A stretch of 36,053 bases of DNA. It comes from a virus. Taxonomy: Duplodnaviria; Caudoviricetes. Positions 14,394 to 23,843 of this stretch are shown piece by piece. The number at the start of each line of letters is the position of its first letter. Positions within the stretch are counted from its first letter, which is position 1. Below the pieces are notes generated by a model. The model was not told the DNA's origin. It searched no databases and was given only the letters and a program-made list of their open reading frames with translations. The DNA lies in the IMG/VR virus record IMGVR_UViG_3300033562_001181, positions 1 to 36,053 of that record; one strand, given 5' to 3'. The position numbers and the translations under genes are program-made.

Positions 14394-15029
14394 TTACAGG
14401 ATTAGCTTTGTTGGGGTTGATTCGTGTAGATTTGTGATGATCTTCGGAGTTTCAACTGTAATACCAGATGGAGATGCATTTCCGACTGGCTTATTGGTCA
14501 AAACATCCTTACCTGCATCCAATCTCAACTGCATTACTTCTGGACTTGGAAGTGCATCTTCATCCTGTGCAGTTGCATCTGCAATTCGCTGCATTAGCTC
14601 CTGTCTACGCTCTTGTTCGGCCTTTTCTGCGGCATGAGCTGACTCTAGAATCTCTCTAGCCTCGCACATGCCATCATCCATAGCCAGAACAGTCTGAGAG
14701 TGCTGCTCTAGTGCATCATTCCAGACCTCTTCTCCATCTTCAGAGTAGTAGTCCTTACATGCCTCATATACAACAGCTTTATCATATTCGAGTTCTACAA
14801 TAGTGTTGTAATATGAAGTGAGATCTTCACCCTTAAAATTCCACATTCTTGATGGAACAATAGGTGCGTTGAATTCATTTAACTCTCGAATGAAAGTTGC
14901 CTGTGGAGTTGAATAGTAATCAAAATTGTAAACAACTCGACCGTCCTTAAGAACTAAAAACGGTAGAGTCGCATCCAAAAACTGAAGGCGCTTTTCATTG
15001 TACGGTACTCTAGTAAGTGTCTTTTCCAT
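14394..15029 (-). CDS. hypothetical protein (probably leaderless)
   Basis: TGCTATAAT (15036-15044) lies 6 nt before ATG 15029. Confidence 0.8.
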   Translation of the reverse strand: MEKTLTRVPYNEKRLQFLDATLPFLVLKDGRVVYNFDYYSTPQATFIRELNEFNAPIVPSRMWNFKGEDLTSYYNTIVELEYDKAVVYEACKDYYSEDGEEVWNDALEQHSQTVLAMDDGMCEAREILESAHAAEKAEQERRQELMQRIADATAQDEDALPSPEVMQLRLDAGKDVLTNKPVGNASPSGITVETPKIITNLHESTPTKLIL

Positions 15030-15052
15030 GTCTTTATTATAGCACGAAATAG

Positions 15053-15616
15053 TCACTCTGCTAGAAAATCAACGTCAATTGCCTCATATGCCTTTGTGCC
15101 TTCAACTATATATTCTAGGTTAGATCTGCTTTTTTCAATAGCCAATCTCACTTCATCTGCTTTGATTTTCGCATCGAGTTCTCGATTTACTTCAGGTAGT
15201 AATTCATCTTCAATGTATTTTACGCTAGATGCCTCTGCCAATTCAATATTAGTGAAATTAATGTCAGTGTCATAGTCAATTGATTCGTGTAATACACATC
15301 TACGTCTATCTAGAAACGCTTCAAGCGCATCATATTCTTCCTCATGTCCATCTCTAGTATCGAAATGCCAGAAACACATGATGATTTCCTTGCTATCCTT
15401 ATTATTGCGAAGTGAATATAGCTGAAGCGAAATATCAAGATGTTCTGAAATAGTGTCCTTGGTGAAATGCTCTAATATGGCTTCTTCATTAGGTGTATAT
15501 TCAATTACGAAATACCGTCTAATGAAGAAAGGGACATTACGCAGAACATCTAACATTCTGCGTTGAATCCCTTCATATTGCATGAGGTCTATTTCTTTCT
15601 CATTTGAAATTCTCAT
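15053..15616 (-). CDS. hypothetical acidic protein
   Basis: ATGA overlap with upstream nucleotidyltransferase stop defines the start at 15616. Confidence 0.8.
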   Translation of the reverse strand: MRISNEKEIDLMQYEGIQRRMLDVLRNVPFFIRRYFVIEYTPNEEAILEHFTKDTISEHLDISLQLYSLRNNKDSKEIIMCFWHFDTRDGHEEEYDALEAFLDRRRCVLHESIDYDTDINFTNIELAEASSVKYIEDELLPEVNRELDAKIKADEVRLAIEKSRSNLEYIVEGTKAYEAIDVDFLAE

Positions 15617-16593
15617 CGAAGTCCTCGAAGAGTCAGGTATTCTAAACTCTGATCCTGTGCCTGTAGCATGTACTTGTCGAGCAACCACGCATCCCAGAAT
15701 TTATAGTCAGGTTCTGGTAGTTCATTTGGAATCTGCAATACTCTTTCGATTTCATCAGAGATCCAATTCTCAATGTAGGTCTGGTTGTATTTACCAGCCC
15801 TTACATCTCGAAGATCCTGAACTCGATCTGAAGGGAATTTAACCCTTGCAGTAGTCAGATACTCCTCCAACTGCCACACAATTCTAAGTGCATGGTAATA
15901 TGCCTTTAGATCTAGTCCTTTGTTATCTGCTGCAGCTTTTGCTCTAAGACCAAAAGCCTCTAGCTTCGCCTTGAGAACAGGAATTACTTCAGACAATCCC
16001 CTAGAAGCAGGAAATTCACAATCAGGTCCAACGAAATACAATTCCTTTGAACCGTGATGTAATTCCTTTTCATATGTCTTGAAGTGTTGAAGCCCTTCAA
16101 TCTTTAGATGCTGGAGTGAATCTCGAATATTGAATTTAATGCTGAGACTATTAAGTTGCTGGAGAACATCCTGCAACTCATTGTACTTTTCACCCTTCAT
16201 TGAGTACTTCGAGGCTTGTGAGCGCACATAGCCAATATACGGCATTACATTTCGAGTGACTAGTTTATCCCTTAAAGAGATAATCTCATCCCACATTGCA
16301 GTCTTTTCGAAATACAATGATTCGGGGGTGTATAGTAGATCAGCGGCATATGTCTGACCTCCAAGACAATCCTTGATGAAGGTACGCAATTCCTTGGATT
16401 CGAAATCAACGTCATCCTTGGTGTTACGGCCCTTTGCGTTGGTATTCTGATTGAATCCACCACTATCCTTGCCAGTAAGCATGATATCGGTGGCATTCAT
16501 ATGGATTTGCTTATAATCCATATCAGAGTCTGGTGTACTGGTTCCATATAGATGCGAACCATATAGTGATTTGAAAATTACTTTATACGCCAT
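15613..16593 (-). CDS. DNA pol-beta superfamily nucleotidyltransferase, RlaP/YcgL-like
   Basis: YGSHLYGTSTPDSDMDYK motif; GYVRSQA.KY; C-terminal K..YHALR. Confidence 0.85.
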   Translation of the reverse strand: MAYKVIFKSLYGSHLYGTSTPDSDMDYKQIHMNATDIMLTGKDSGGFNQNTNAKGRNTKDDVDFESKELRTFIKDCLGGQTYAADLLYTPESLYFEKTAMWDEIISLRDKLVTRNVMPYIGYVRSQASKYSMKGEKYNELQDVLQQLNSLSIKFNIRDSLQHLKIEGLQHFKTYEKELHHGSKELYFVGPDCEFPASRGLSEVIPVLKAKLEAFGLRAKAAADNKGLDLKAYYHALRIVWQLEEYLTTARVKFPSDRVQDLRDVRAGKYNQTYIENWISDEIERVLQIPNELPEPDYKFWDAWLLDKYMLQAQDQSLEYLTLRGLR

Positions 16594-16921
16594 CGGTATT
16601 CTCTTTCTTTAGTTGATCGATTACGATTCTAACGTAATTCACTGCTTCACCAAATCGATCTGCTGGAGGTCGAAGCCTTTTTTCAATAGCTTCGATGGTA
16701 GTTGCTTCGACATCCCATCCATCTTCAAGTCCAAAGCATGAGCAATGTCCCGCCTCGACTTCATATAAGCAACCATCCTTACGCATGAGGACGTATGCAC
16801 TTCCATCATATCCATCGATGACGTAGCTGGCAAGTAGAATTTCAAAACCATCAAGTTGTTCATCTGACAACCTGAATTCTCGCTTGAGATCTTCAATATC
16901 ATTGAAATCGTTTACAAACAT
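16583..16921 (-). CDS. conserved phage hypothetical protein
   Basis: Y.G.AYVL..KDG.LYEV..GHCSCFGLE..W motif; GAGGA RBS. Confidence 0.8.
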   Translation of the reverse strand: MFVNDFNDIEDLKREFRLSDEQLDGFEILLASYVIDGYDGSAYVLMRKDGCLYEVEAGHCSCFGLEDGWDVEATTIEAIEKRLRPPADRFGEAVNYVRIVIDQLKKENTDGV

Positions 16922-16935
16922 GTGATCCTCATTTG

Positions 16936-17079
16936 TTAATTTACTGTAAATCCATCACAGAATCCATCTTCTGTATATTGGTAGAGCGACATTGCATCTA
17001 AATTAGATTGCATTTCATTGTAATACTCGACCATTGCGGCGTATTCATCATCGCTCATATCTAATTGTTCATGTGACAT
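16936..17079 (-). CDS. small acidic protein (47 aa, not in ORF track)
   Basis: MSHEQLDMSDDEYAAMVEYYNEMQSNLDAMSLYQYTEDGFCDGFTVN*; first ORF after an early promoter. Confidence 0.65.
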   Translation of the reverse strand: MSHEQLDMSDDEYAAMVEYYNEMQSNLDAMSLYQYTEDGFCDGFTVN

Positions 17080-17090
17080 GCTTATTAGCC

Positions 17091-17119
17091 AAGATAACTT
17101 GCGACTCTCAACATGTCAA
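17091..17119 (-). promoter_or_regulatory. sigma70-type early promoter
   Basis: TTGACA-17-TATCTT. Confidence 0.8.
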
Positions 17120-17160
17120 CTAGTTTTTTGAGCGTTCTAAATAATGCTGAGGTATTTACT

Positions 17161-17517
17161 ATGTTACAGAGTGAAATGGAAAAATTTAATACAGCATTCG
17201 AACAGGTTCCTAGCAAACCGTTCGCCGCTCCAGCGTCAATGTTGGAATCTAGAGAGTCTCGGATTACTCCAGCTCCTTTAATGGAATCTAGATTGAATAT
17301 TAAGAAACAGAATGATAAGAAGAAGGCAGATAAGCAAGATTCATCTAAGACGTTGAATGAAGCTGCAGTTAAAGTATCTGATCTTTACGGTACATATATC
17401 ATGGAAGGTGTTCTTGAGAACGCAAAGAGATTGCATCCAGAGAATGCGGCTCAGATTGAAGCATTTGAATATGCATTATGTGAAGCGGCTACAAAGGCCA
17501 AGGAGTTCCTATCGTGA
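17161..17517 (+). CDS. hypothetical late protein
   Basis: CTAAATA and GAGG RBS before ATG 17161; repeated (M/L)ES/LNE motifs. Confidence 0.75.
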   Translation: MLQSEMEKFNTAFEQVPSKPFAAPASMLESRESRITPAPLMESRLNIKKQNDKKKADKQDSSKTLNEAAVKVSDLYGTYIMEGVLENAKRLHPENAAQIEAFEYALCEAATKAKEFLS

Positions 17518-17879
17518 GATTATCCATCCTAGAGTCCCTAATGTCAATCGAATCGCCTGTGACTACGCCTAACGGTGGCCTCATGGAAGACGATGGTGGC
17601 ACATCAGCAGGTGCTCTAGGTGCAGTTGCCTCTGCCGATGCTGTTGGCCCTGAAGGGGCATCTGTGCAGGGTGTAACAACCACTGCAGACGTTGCAATGT
17701 ATCCACAGTACCTTGGATTCTCATATAGGGGTGGTACTGTTAAGATGCACAATAAGCCTAGAAAGACAAAGAGTCTCTTTGAAGAGACTCTTTCTAAAGA
17801 AGTTGGTTCGATGTTTGAGGAGTATTCGGCTAAATTAGCGAAGATTCCTCAATTAGAAACCATTTCCGAGGAAGTTTAA
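17514..17879 (+). CDS. hypothetical late protein
   Basis: GTGA overlap; low-complexity LMEDDGGTSAGALGAVAS segment. Confidence 0.7.
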   Translation: MRLSILESLMSIESPVTTPNGGLMEDDGGTSAGALGAVASADAVGPEGASVQGVTTTADVAMYPQYLGFSYRGGTVKMHNKPRKTKSLFEETLSKEVGSMFEEYSAKLAKIPQLETISEEV

Positions 17880-18079
17880 TCCTTATGTTTTTGCTTCCTC
17901 AAGAATTTTCTAACATCATCGATAAATTTCTCACCTGACATTGTTAGCTTCAGTTTTCCATCTTCACTAGGGGTTAAAAAACCCTTTTTCATTGCATCCT
18001 TTACTTTGGATTTGTCGAAATCCCTGAAGTACTGATTGATCTGTGCAAGGAGATCCAATTTCCAAGACTGAGCTGACAT
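17876..18079 (-). CDS. small hypothetical protein (winged-helix-like)
   Basis: KKGFL....KLKLTMSGEKF resembles a wHTH wing. Confidence 0.55.
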   Translation of the reverse strand: MSAQSWKLDLLAQINQYFRDFDKSKVKDAMKKGFLTPSEDGKLKLTMSGEKFIDDVRKFLRKQKHKD

Positions 18080-18144
18080 TGTATTCTAGTAGCCTTTCAT
18101 ACCCGGACACATGTCTGGGGTTCATACTACTATTCTAGCAAGAA

Positions 18145-18444
18145 TCAGGTGAACATGGTGAAGCATCCATGATCTTCTGAGTATCGCACTCCACATCGAA
18201 TCAGGTCAACGCACTGTTCCTCAGTGATGACCTCTGCTAGTTTATCCAAATTGGTCGAAATGTAGATTTCGTCATGTTCTGCGGCTGAGATAATATCAGT
18301 CTTGCTACCGGGAATTAGCTTATCGAGTAGAATGAATGCGTGTAGATCTGGGCGAGTTGTGAACTTCGTTTCCACCTTTTCGAACTTAAGATATTCGTCA
18401 TTGTATTTTTCGTCTTGGAAAATTGCAGCAATGTTAACAGTCAT
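18145..18444 (-). CDS. conserved phage hypothetical protein
   Basis: RPDLHAF.LLD.L..DIISAAEHDEIY..LIRCGV.Y; GGAG RBS. Confidence 0.8.
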   Translation of the reverse strand: MTVNIAAIFQDEKYNDEYLKFEKVETKFTTRPDLHAFILLDKLIPGSKTDIISAAEHDEIYISTNLDKLAEVITEEQCVDLIRCGVRYSEDHGCFTMFT

Positions 18445-18915
18445 TTAATTCTCCTTCTTCTTTAGATTGGAGAGTCGAGAAAGCTCTTTTCTCATCTCTT
18501 CCTTATGCATTTCAACTCCAAGAGTTAGTAGTAGGTATGAATATTGTTTAATTGCCTCCTTGACATCGGCACTAAACTTATCGCTCAATTCTTCATCACT
18601 CTTATTGAATGTATACGACTCTAAAATCAATGCATCTACATTCACAGTATCTATGTCAGTAATTGGAGTGTCGAAATCTTCGGGTTTTTCAATTTGTTCT
18701 GGTTCAAATGGTAGATTATTATCGACCATATGCTCATCTTCAATGTATTCTGAGAAAGATGCTTTTAGTGTATCGATTGCGCTCATTACAATTGCAGTCA
18801 AATCTCCAATTACATTATCAATTTGATGAGTGAATTCCAATCTAATTGCAGATTGTTTAGTCTCATTGATTAGTTTTTCTAGTTTAGCTCCAAATGGAGA
18901 ATTAAAATCTTCCAC
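18445..18915 (-). CDS. hypothetical acidic protein
   Basis: AGGAGG RBS; promoter TTGACA-17-TATCTT at 18983-18955. Confidence 0.85.
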   Translation of the reverse strand: MEDFNSPFGAKLEKLINETKQSAIRLEFTHQIDNVIGDLTAIVMSAIDTLKASFSEYIEDEHMVDNNLPFEPEQIEKPEDFDTPITDIDTVNVDALILESYTFNKSDEELSDKFSADVKEAIKQYSYLLLTLGVEMHKEEMRKELSRLSNLKKKEN

Positions 18916-18966
18916 GCAACACCTCCTAAAAATGACTGTCGATAGACACCTTAGAAGATAAACACG

Positions 18967-19536
18967 TCAGGTTGGAGTGTCAACCGATATTTCACCGTTT
19001 CGTAGCTGATCTAGTAGATCGCCCATGTTATTCCCCTTGAATTTGATTGATTTTGTCTTAGTTTCAGTTAATGCTATTTCACCATCAGCGGCTGGAGGTG
19101 TCTTCATCATCTTTGCCATCTCTGATTGTTTCTGAAGAGCCATTAATTTAGAACATGCATCTAATAGAGTCTTGCTCATATCAGAATACACTTCAAACAT
19201 TCTAGGTTCAGCTCCAACTAGAATAGAACCATCCATAATCTCTAAGGTAGATTGTACTTTGACTATTAGAATCTTAATAGTTTCTCTAATATACTCTTTA
19301 TCTTCAAAAGTCTCTTCTGGATTAGCTAATACTTCCTTAGCAGCGTCTATGGCAACTGCAGTATTCTTCTTAACTGTCTTTGCAAGTCCTTTGGGTATAG
19401 GAGTTGACCCTAATTCAATGTTAAGAGCTGATTCGAGTCCTCCGAATGCAGTCTTAGCTTTAGACTCTTTTTCTTCTTTTACTTTTTTTATTTCGGCTAT
19501 CAGATCATTGTCTGTTCCGCCTAACCAGTCGTCCAT
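18967..19536 (-). CDS. terminase small subunit, T4 gp16-like
   Basis: DKEYIRETIKILI...EPRMFEVY..M.KTL.DA..KL..LQK matches the gp16-family helical core; late motif 5 nt before ATG. Confidence 0.7.
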   Translation of the reverse strand: MDDWLGGTDNDLIAEIKKVKEEKESKAKTAFGGLESALNIELGSTPIPKGLAKTVKKNTAVAIDAAKEVLANPEETFEDKEYIRETIKILIVKVQSTLEIMDGSILVGAEPRMFEVYSDMSKTLLDACSKLMALQKQSEMAKMMKTPPAADGEIALTETKTKSIKFKGNNMGDLLDQLRNGEISVDTPT

Positions 19537-19584
19537 ATTTTTATTTAGCTATTAGAATCTATAAATATTGCTTGAGGTAAAAAA

Positions 19585-19863
19585 ATGAGTATTCCACAGA
19601 AGATCAAAGTAAAAGGTGACATCTATCTAGCTGAATCAATTGCGCCTAATAAAACAGGTGAGAGGCTGGAATATAGAGGTGGGACGTATATAAAGGAAGA
19701 ACTTCCTGCTGAATATGTGATGTTCGAAGGTGTTGCATATAAGAGAGGTGAGCGTATTGATGAATATACTCGCAAGGTTATAACTGAGTCTGTTGGTAAG
19801 AAAGTTCCTGCTAAGATTAGTGTCGGTGGAAAGACTTTTAAAGTTAAAAGTGATAAGGAATAA
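19585..19863 (+). CDS. hypothetical late protein with short internal repeats
   Basis: Four P.KI.V.G..Y-like repeats; TATAAATA and GAGG RBS. Confidence 0.8.
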   Translation: MSIPQKIKVKGDIYLAESIAPNKTGERLEYRGGTYIKEELPAEYVMFEGVAYKRGERIDEYTRKVITESVGKKVPAKISVGGKTFKVKSDKE

Positions 19864-19865
19864 TC

Positions 19866-19988
19866 ATGTCAATTGAACCTGATAGAAGTAAGAAAATCAT
19901 CGTAGAAACTATTGAACCTCGGCAGAGAAATCTTAAAGAGGCTCTCGATGATGTAGATGAGCTTCCTTGGGAAAAGAAAGCGAAATAA
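19866..19988 (+). CDS. small hypothetical protein (40 aa, not in ORF track)
   Basis: AAGGA RBS; MSIEPDRSKKIIVETIEPRQRNLKEALDDVDELPWEKKAK*; ends at a terminator. Confidence 0.6.
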   Translation: MSIEPDRSKKIIVETIEPRQRNLKEALDDVDELPWEKKAK

Positions 19989-20011
19989 AAAAGGGCCTTA
20001 TGGCCCTTTTT
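19987..20011. terminator. bidirectional terminator
   Basis: A-run-GGGCC-TTAT-GGCCC-T-run between convergent genes. Confidence 0.75.
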
Positions 20012-21290
20012 CTTTAGCTTCCCAAGCCTCTCTAAAAGACTTGGCATATTTCTTAATCCAATCAACCGCGACTTCGTTAATTGGGATGCATCTATCTTGA
20101 CTTATTGATTTTATTTGTCGATATTTCTCAATTTCAATTGACTGGGCGTTAATATATTCGCTCATATTATTATAGTTTTTTAATCGACTTATATGAGCTT
20201 CTATTATATTTTTAATGTTTTTGCCATTAATATATGGTATTATTAGTAGAGGTATGTTATTGGATGTGCAATAATTATATTTCATTAGATCATTTTTGAA
20301 CCCCGATGTGAATTTTTCAATTGATCTTTGATGTGAACTAGATCCGAATTTAGTCAGCCTATAATGCTGAACCCCGTTATATTCAATCAGCGATTTAATT
20401 CCATTAACAGTAATCTCAAAATCAAACCATAAGTATCTCCCGCTAATATTTGATTTTATCCGATGTTGTTGTGTATGTTGTATGTTATTTTCAACCAGAA
20501 TATTTCTAATCATCCTTTCACCTCGCGATTCTTTACAAATATGACAACCTTGTCCAGATAAATGACAGTTAGGTTTTTGCTCAAATTCTCCATGTATTTT
20601 ACATTTTATTTTTATTTTTGACTTACTATTAACATATACTACATTTGAATAATCATATAAATCTCCATGTATTAACCTAAAATCCTTTATAATATCTTCA
20701 TTTGTCTTATACCTACCTTTGCACTTGGGGCATCCAGCTCCAGATAAATGTTCGATTATCATTTGGCTGAAAATATATGGATGTTCGTGTTTATTGCAAA
20801 TAATATTCATTTTATCTTTTAGGGTGAAATAGTCCGGTATTTCATATTCAAATTCATTATCATTGATTAAAGATAGCTTATGTAATAATTCGCTTTTTGT
20901 TGATATCTTCCCTCTGCAAGGCAGGCATCCTTTTCCTTGTAGATGGTGATGTGCCACTACTTCGAAAAACGTATTACATTTATTACATAATATTTTCACC
21001 TTTTCGCTTGATTTTGTATATATTGTGTTTTCATATGAATAATTATCTCCATGTATCTTTTTTGCTTTATAAATGAAAGAGTCAATGTCCATTCGTCTCA
21101 TTTTATTGCAAAAAGGGCATCCTTGTCCTTTTAGGTGGCCATGTGGTGTTTGTTCAAATGTATTTGTGCATTTGTTGCATTTTATTTTTAGTTTGTCTGT
21201 CGCCTTGGTGTATATTGATTCACGGTAATCATATAAACTACCGTGAATAACAATAGCTCTATTGATGAATGATGTCGTGTCTCCAATCAT
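19998..21290 (-). CDS. putative homing endonuclease: DUF723-like Zn repeats plus Vsr/PD-(D/E)xK-like nuclease, with an extra C-terminal domain
   Basis: Four IHG..YDY...KI.C..(C/H)..F.Q...HL.G.GC..C repeats; S.GE..I, FDF, IEYNG.QHY, D..K..YC..NNI.L. Confidence 0.85.
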   Translation of the reverse strand: MIGDTTSFINRAIVIHGSLYDYRESIYTKATDKLKIKCNKCTNTFEQTPHGHLKGQGCPFCNKMRRMDIDSFIYKAKKIHGDNYSYENTIYTKSSEKVKILCNKCNTFFEVVAHHHLQGKGCLPCRGKISTKSELLHKLSLINDNEFEYEIPDYFTLKDKMNIICNKHEHPYIFSQMIIEHLSGAGCPKCKGRYKTNEDIIKDFRLIHGDLYDYSNVVYVNSKSKIKIKCKIHGEFEQKPNCHLSGQGCHICKESRGERMIRNILVENNIQHTQQHRIKSNISGRYLWFDFEITVNGIKSLIEYNGVQHYRLTKFGSSSHQRSIEKFTSGFKNDLMKYNYCTSNNIPLLIIPYINGKNIKNIIEAHISRLKNYNNMSEYINAQSIEIEKYRQIKSISQDRCIPINEVAVDWIKKYAKSFREAWEAKEKGP

Positions 21291-21301
21291 CAAAATATTT
21301 A

Positions 21302-23125
21302 TTAACTCATATAAGTATCCATGAAATCTTCAATTGTCATGACTGGGATTCCATAGCTATCGGCCTTCTTGGTTTTCCCAGAGACTTGATCCAAATCTGC
21401 GACAACTAGAACTGTAGTAGTCTTTTTGACACTGCTATCTTCCTTCCATCCCTTCGCTTCGAGGCGCTTTACCTGAGCTGAAGAGAATCGAGTTCCGGTG
21501 ATACAGAAACTGCCGACAGTCTCAACGATCTTCTCATCAACAATCTTCATTACAGAATTGACTTTCTCGAAGATCGAAGCATTTCTCTTCAACTGTTCGA
21601 CAATTTCCTTTCTGAAACTCTTGATTGTATAGAGTTCATTCAGCTTCTCGGTGCTATTCACACAATCTGCGAATACAACTCCATGTTCTGCAATTACCCT
21701 AGCAAATGTCTTTCCACAAGCCTGAATGAAGACTTGGTAAATGATCTTAGGGTCTATATTACCATTAATCTTAGTGAAGAACTGGAGAATCTTATCCTTA
21801 TTAGAATCTCCAATGCCGGGGATGCTTACATACTCCAGTGCCTCTAGATCAACTGTGAATAAGTCGAATACATCAGAGACATTAAAGTGCCTGAAGACCT
21901 TACCCATTACAGCATTTCCAAGTCCCTCTGGATAGAAGAATTTGGCGAACTTATATAGCTTGGAAGATTCAATATTAGGGCATTCTGGATTGACGCAGAA
22001 GTAGTGCTCTCCATCGGCCTCACCTACGCTACCGCAGACAGGGCAGGTTGGGACTAGCTTGGTGTCATCGAGTAGACGTTCGCCCTTAGAGACCACTCTA
22101 TTGGCGTGTGGGATGACCTCATTGCTGCGGATGATCTCTACAATATGATCCTCGTAGATAGGCCAGAATCCGGATCTGATTGCAATGCCAAAGCTGCCTA
22201 GGGAAGCTCTCTTGATGAGCGCCCCGTTCAGCTTGATTGGATCTAGAATTGCAACAGGAGTCAGTCGCTGGTCAACTCCAATTGTAATTTCGATTTCCTT
22301 TTCGCGAGTGAATCCCTTTTCATCTTCAAACTTGAATGCTAATAGAGATCCGTTAGTCTTCTTGAAGACTGCTCCATCTGCTTCATATGGATAGTCGTCC
22401 TTGACTTCCTTCTTGAAGGTTGGGATGTCGGAGATATACTCAAGGGTGAAATTCTTCTGATTCTCTGTAATGAAATACTGACTCCAGTCAATTTCATTGC
22501 AAAGATCTTTCATGTTTTCAATGTTGATGTAGGTATATGCAATGAAGTCAACAAACTTCATTACATGTTCCCACTCATCCTTACGAGAGATTGCACCTGC
22601 AACTGCATTTCGGCTAGACTTTTCAATGTCAAAGCCATTTTCTACAGTATAGTCAACCTTCTTGATTGCAGCCTCACCTCGAACTGCAATATATCCATCG
22701 AATGGAATTTCATTAGGTACAACTCCAATGAACTTTGCAGTGCGATCAATTCCAATGTTGAATCGTCCGCGAGTTACTGCCTTCCAGAGCTTACGGTTCT
22801 TATAGTAAAGAACGACAGAATTACCATCAATTTTAGTTGATAGTGTAGTAGCTGAAGAACCGATCCATTCAATCAAACCAGATAAAGTCTTTTCTTTGAT
22901 AATCGACCCAACTGAAATAGGATGTTCGAATTTCTCCTTCTCATCAATTCCATTGAAATCATATCCGTATCCAACAGTAGTTAGGATTGGGTGGTTTGGG
23001 TTCAAAAGACGCAATTCGTCTTCAGCAGCATTAAAAGTCTCATCGTCTACGATAACTTCGCCCGTCTCGTAATATTCATATGAACATTTGGTGAGAAATT
23101 CCGCGAGTTCTTGCTCTCTAGTCAT
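21302..23125 (-). CDS. ligA: NAD-dependent DNA ligase
   Basis: KIDG adenylation motif, TRG, VRGE, RNAVAG, DGAV.K, AFKF, CPVCG..C.N..C Zn finger, BRCT (ITG..SVKKTT..L..GK..KA); promoter TTGACA-17-TACCTT at 23201-23173. Confidence 0.95.
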   Translation of the reverse strand: MTREQELAEFLTKCSYEYYETGEVIVDDETFNAAEDELRLLNPNHPILTTVGYGYDFNGIDEKEKFEHPISVGSIIKEKTLSGLIEWIGSSATTLSTKIDGNSVVLYYKNRKLWKAVTRGRFNIGIDRTAKFIGVVPNEIPFDGYIAVRGEAAIKKVDYTVENGFDIEKSSRNAVAGAISRKDEWEHVMKFVDFIAYTYINIENMKDLCNEIDWSQYFITENQKNFTLEYISDIPTFKKEVKDDYPYEADGAVFKKTNGSLLAFKFEDEKGFTREKEIEITIGVDQRLTPVAILDPIKLNGALIKRASLGSFGIAIRSGFWPIYEDHIVEIIRSNEVIPHANRVVSKGERLLDDTKLVPTCPVCGSVGEADGEHYFCVNPECPNIESSKLYKFAKFFYPEGLGNAVMGKVFRHFNVSDVFDLFTVDLEALEYVSIPGIGDSNKDKILQFFTKINGNIDPKIIYQVFIQACGKTFARVIAEHGVVFADCVNSTEKLNELYTIKSFRKEIVEQLKRNASIFEKVNSVMKIVDEKIVETVGSFCITGTRFSSAQVKRLEAKGWKEDSSVKKTTTVLVVADLDQVSGKTKKADSYGIPVMTIEDFMDTYMS

Positions 23126-23255
23126 CGATTAGATCCTTCTATGGTTGTTTTGAGTGAGGTTCTAGATATAGAAAGGTAATTTAAGTGTCACTTACTGTCA
23201 ACTTTTTATTGTCAACAATAATATACGAAAAAGTAGTAATCTACTAAATAAAAAC

Positions 23256-23810
23256 ATGGAAAACTGCGGACATGTGCTAGATTTTGAGAGGTTATATGGA
23301 GATATCTCAGAACTTCGCGAATGCAAGCAGGAAATTGCTGTACTTAAAGAATATAAGATTGGCTCCGAAGACAAGTTTAGAGAGATCAAAGATAATGTAA
23401 CTAAATTATTCGAGCGAATTGAAGGTGGAGTTGATAAAGGTCTTAGAGGTGAGATAGCTGAAATTAGAGGTTTGTTAGGTAAGTTCGAAGAGAATATAAC
23501 TGAAGTATATGAGAGAATTGAGAAAATCGAAGAGTTGCTGGAAAAGACTATTAAGGAAGTATATGAACTAACTCCGATGGTCAAGGCTTTGATGGATATT
23601 GAACAGGAAAGAAAAGACGAGAAGAAATCGTTTAGGGTTGAATTTAGAATGTGGTTGATTGGCTTTATTGCTACAGCGTTATTGACAGTTGGTGTGACTT
23701 GGTATACAGTTCAGGCAGGAAATAAAACAGATCAGCAGCAGGTTAAGGATATAGTGAATCAGGTAATGCTGATTCAACAGCAAAAAGATTCAACCTCAGG
23801 AAAGAAATAA
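23256..23810 (+). CDS. coiled-coil protein with one C-terminal TM helix (possibly lysis/holin-like)
   Basis: Long heptad region then MWLIGFIATALLTVGVTWY; late motif 5 nt before ATG. Confidence 0.6.
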   Translation: MENCGHVLDFERLYGDISELRECKQEIAVLKEYKIGSEDKFREIKDNVTKLFERIEGGVDKGLRGEIAEIRGLLGKFEENITEVYERIEKIEELLEKTIKEVYELTPMVKALMDIEQERKDEKKSFRVEFRMWLIGFIATALLTVGVTWYTVQAGNKTDQQQVKDIVNQVMLIQQQKDSTSGKK

Positions 23811-23838
23811 AAAAGCCTCCGAAAGGAGGCTTCTTTTT
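23809..23838. terminator. bidirectional terminator
   Basis: AAGCCTCC-GAAA-GGAGGCTT flanked by A and T runs. Confidence 0.85.
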
Positions 23839-23843
23839 GTCTG

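Noticed and set aside
17967-18125. 52-aa leaderless ORF behind TGCTAGAAT overlapping 17876-18079 in another frame, with a T-run near the end
   Set aside because: The frame relationship does not give a sensible -1 fusion, and I cannot decide between the frames without homologues.
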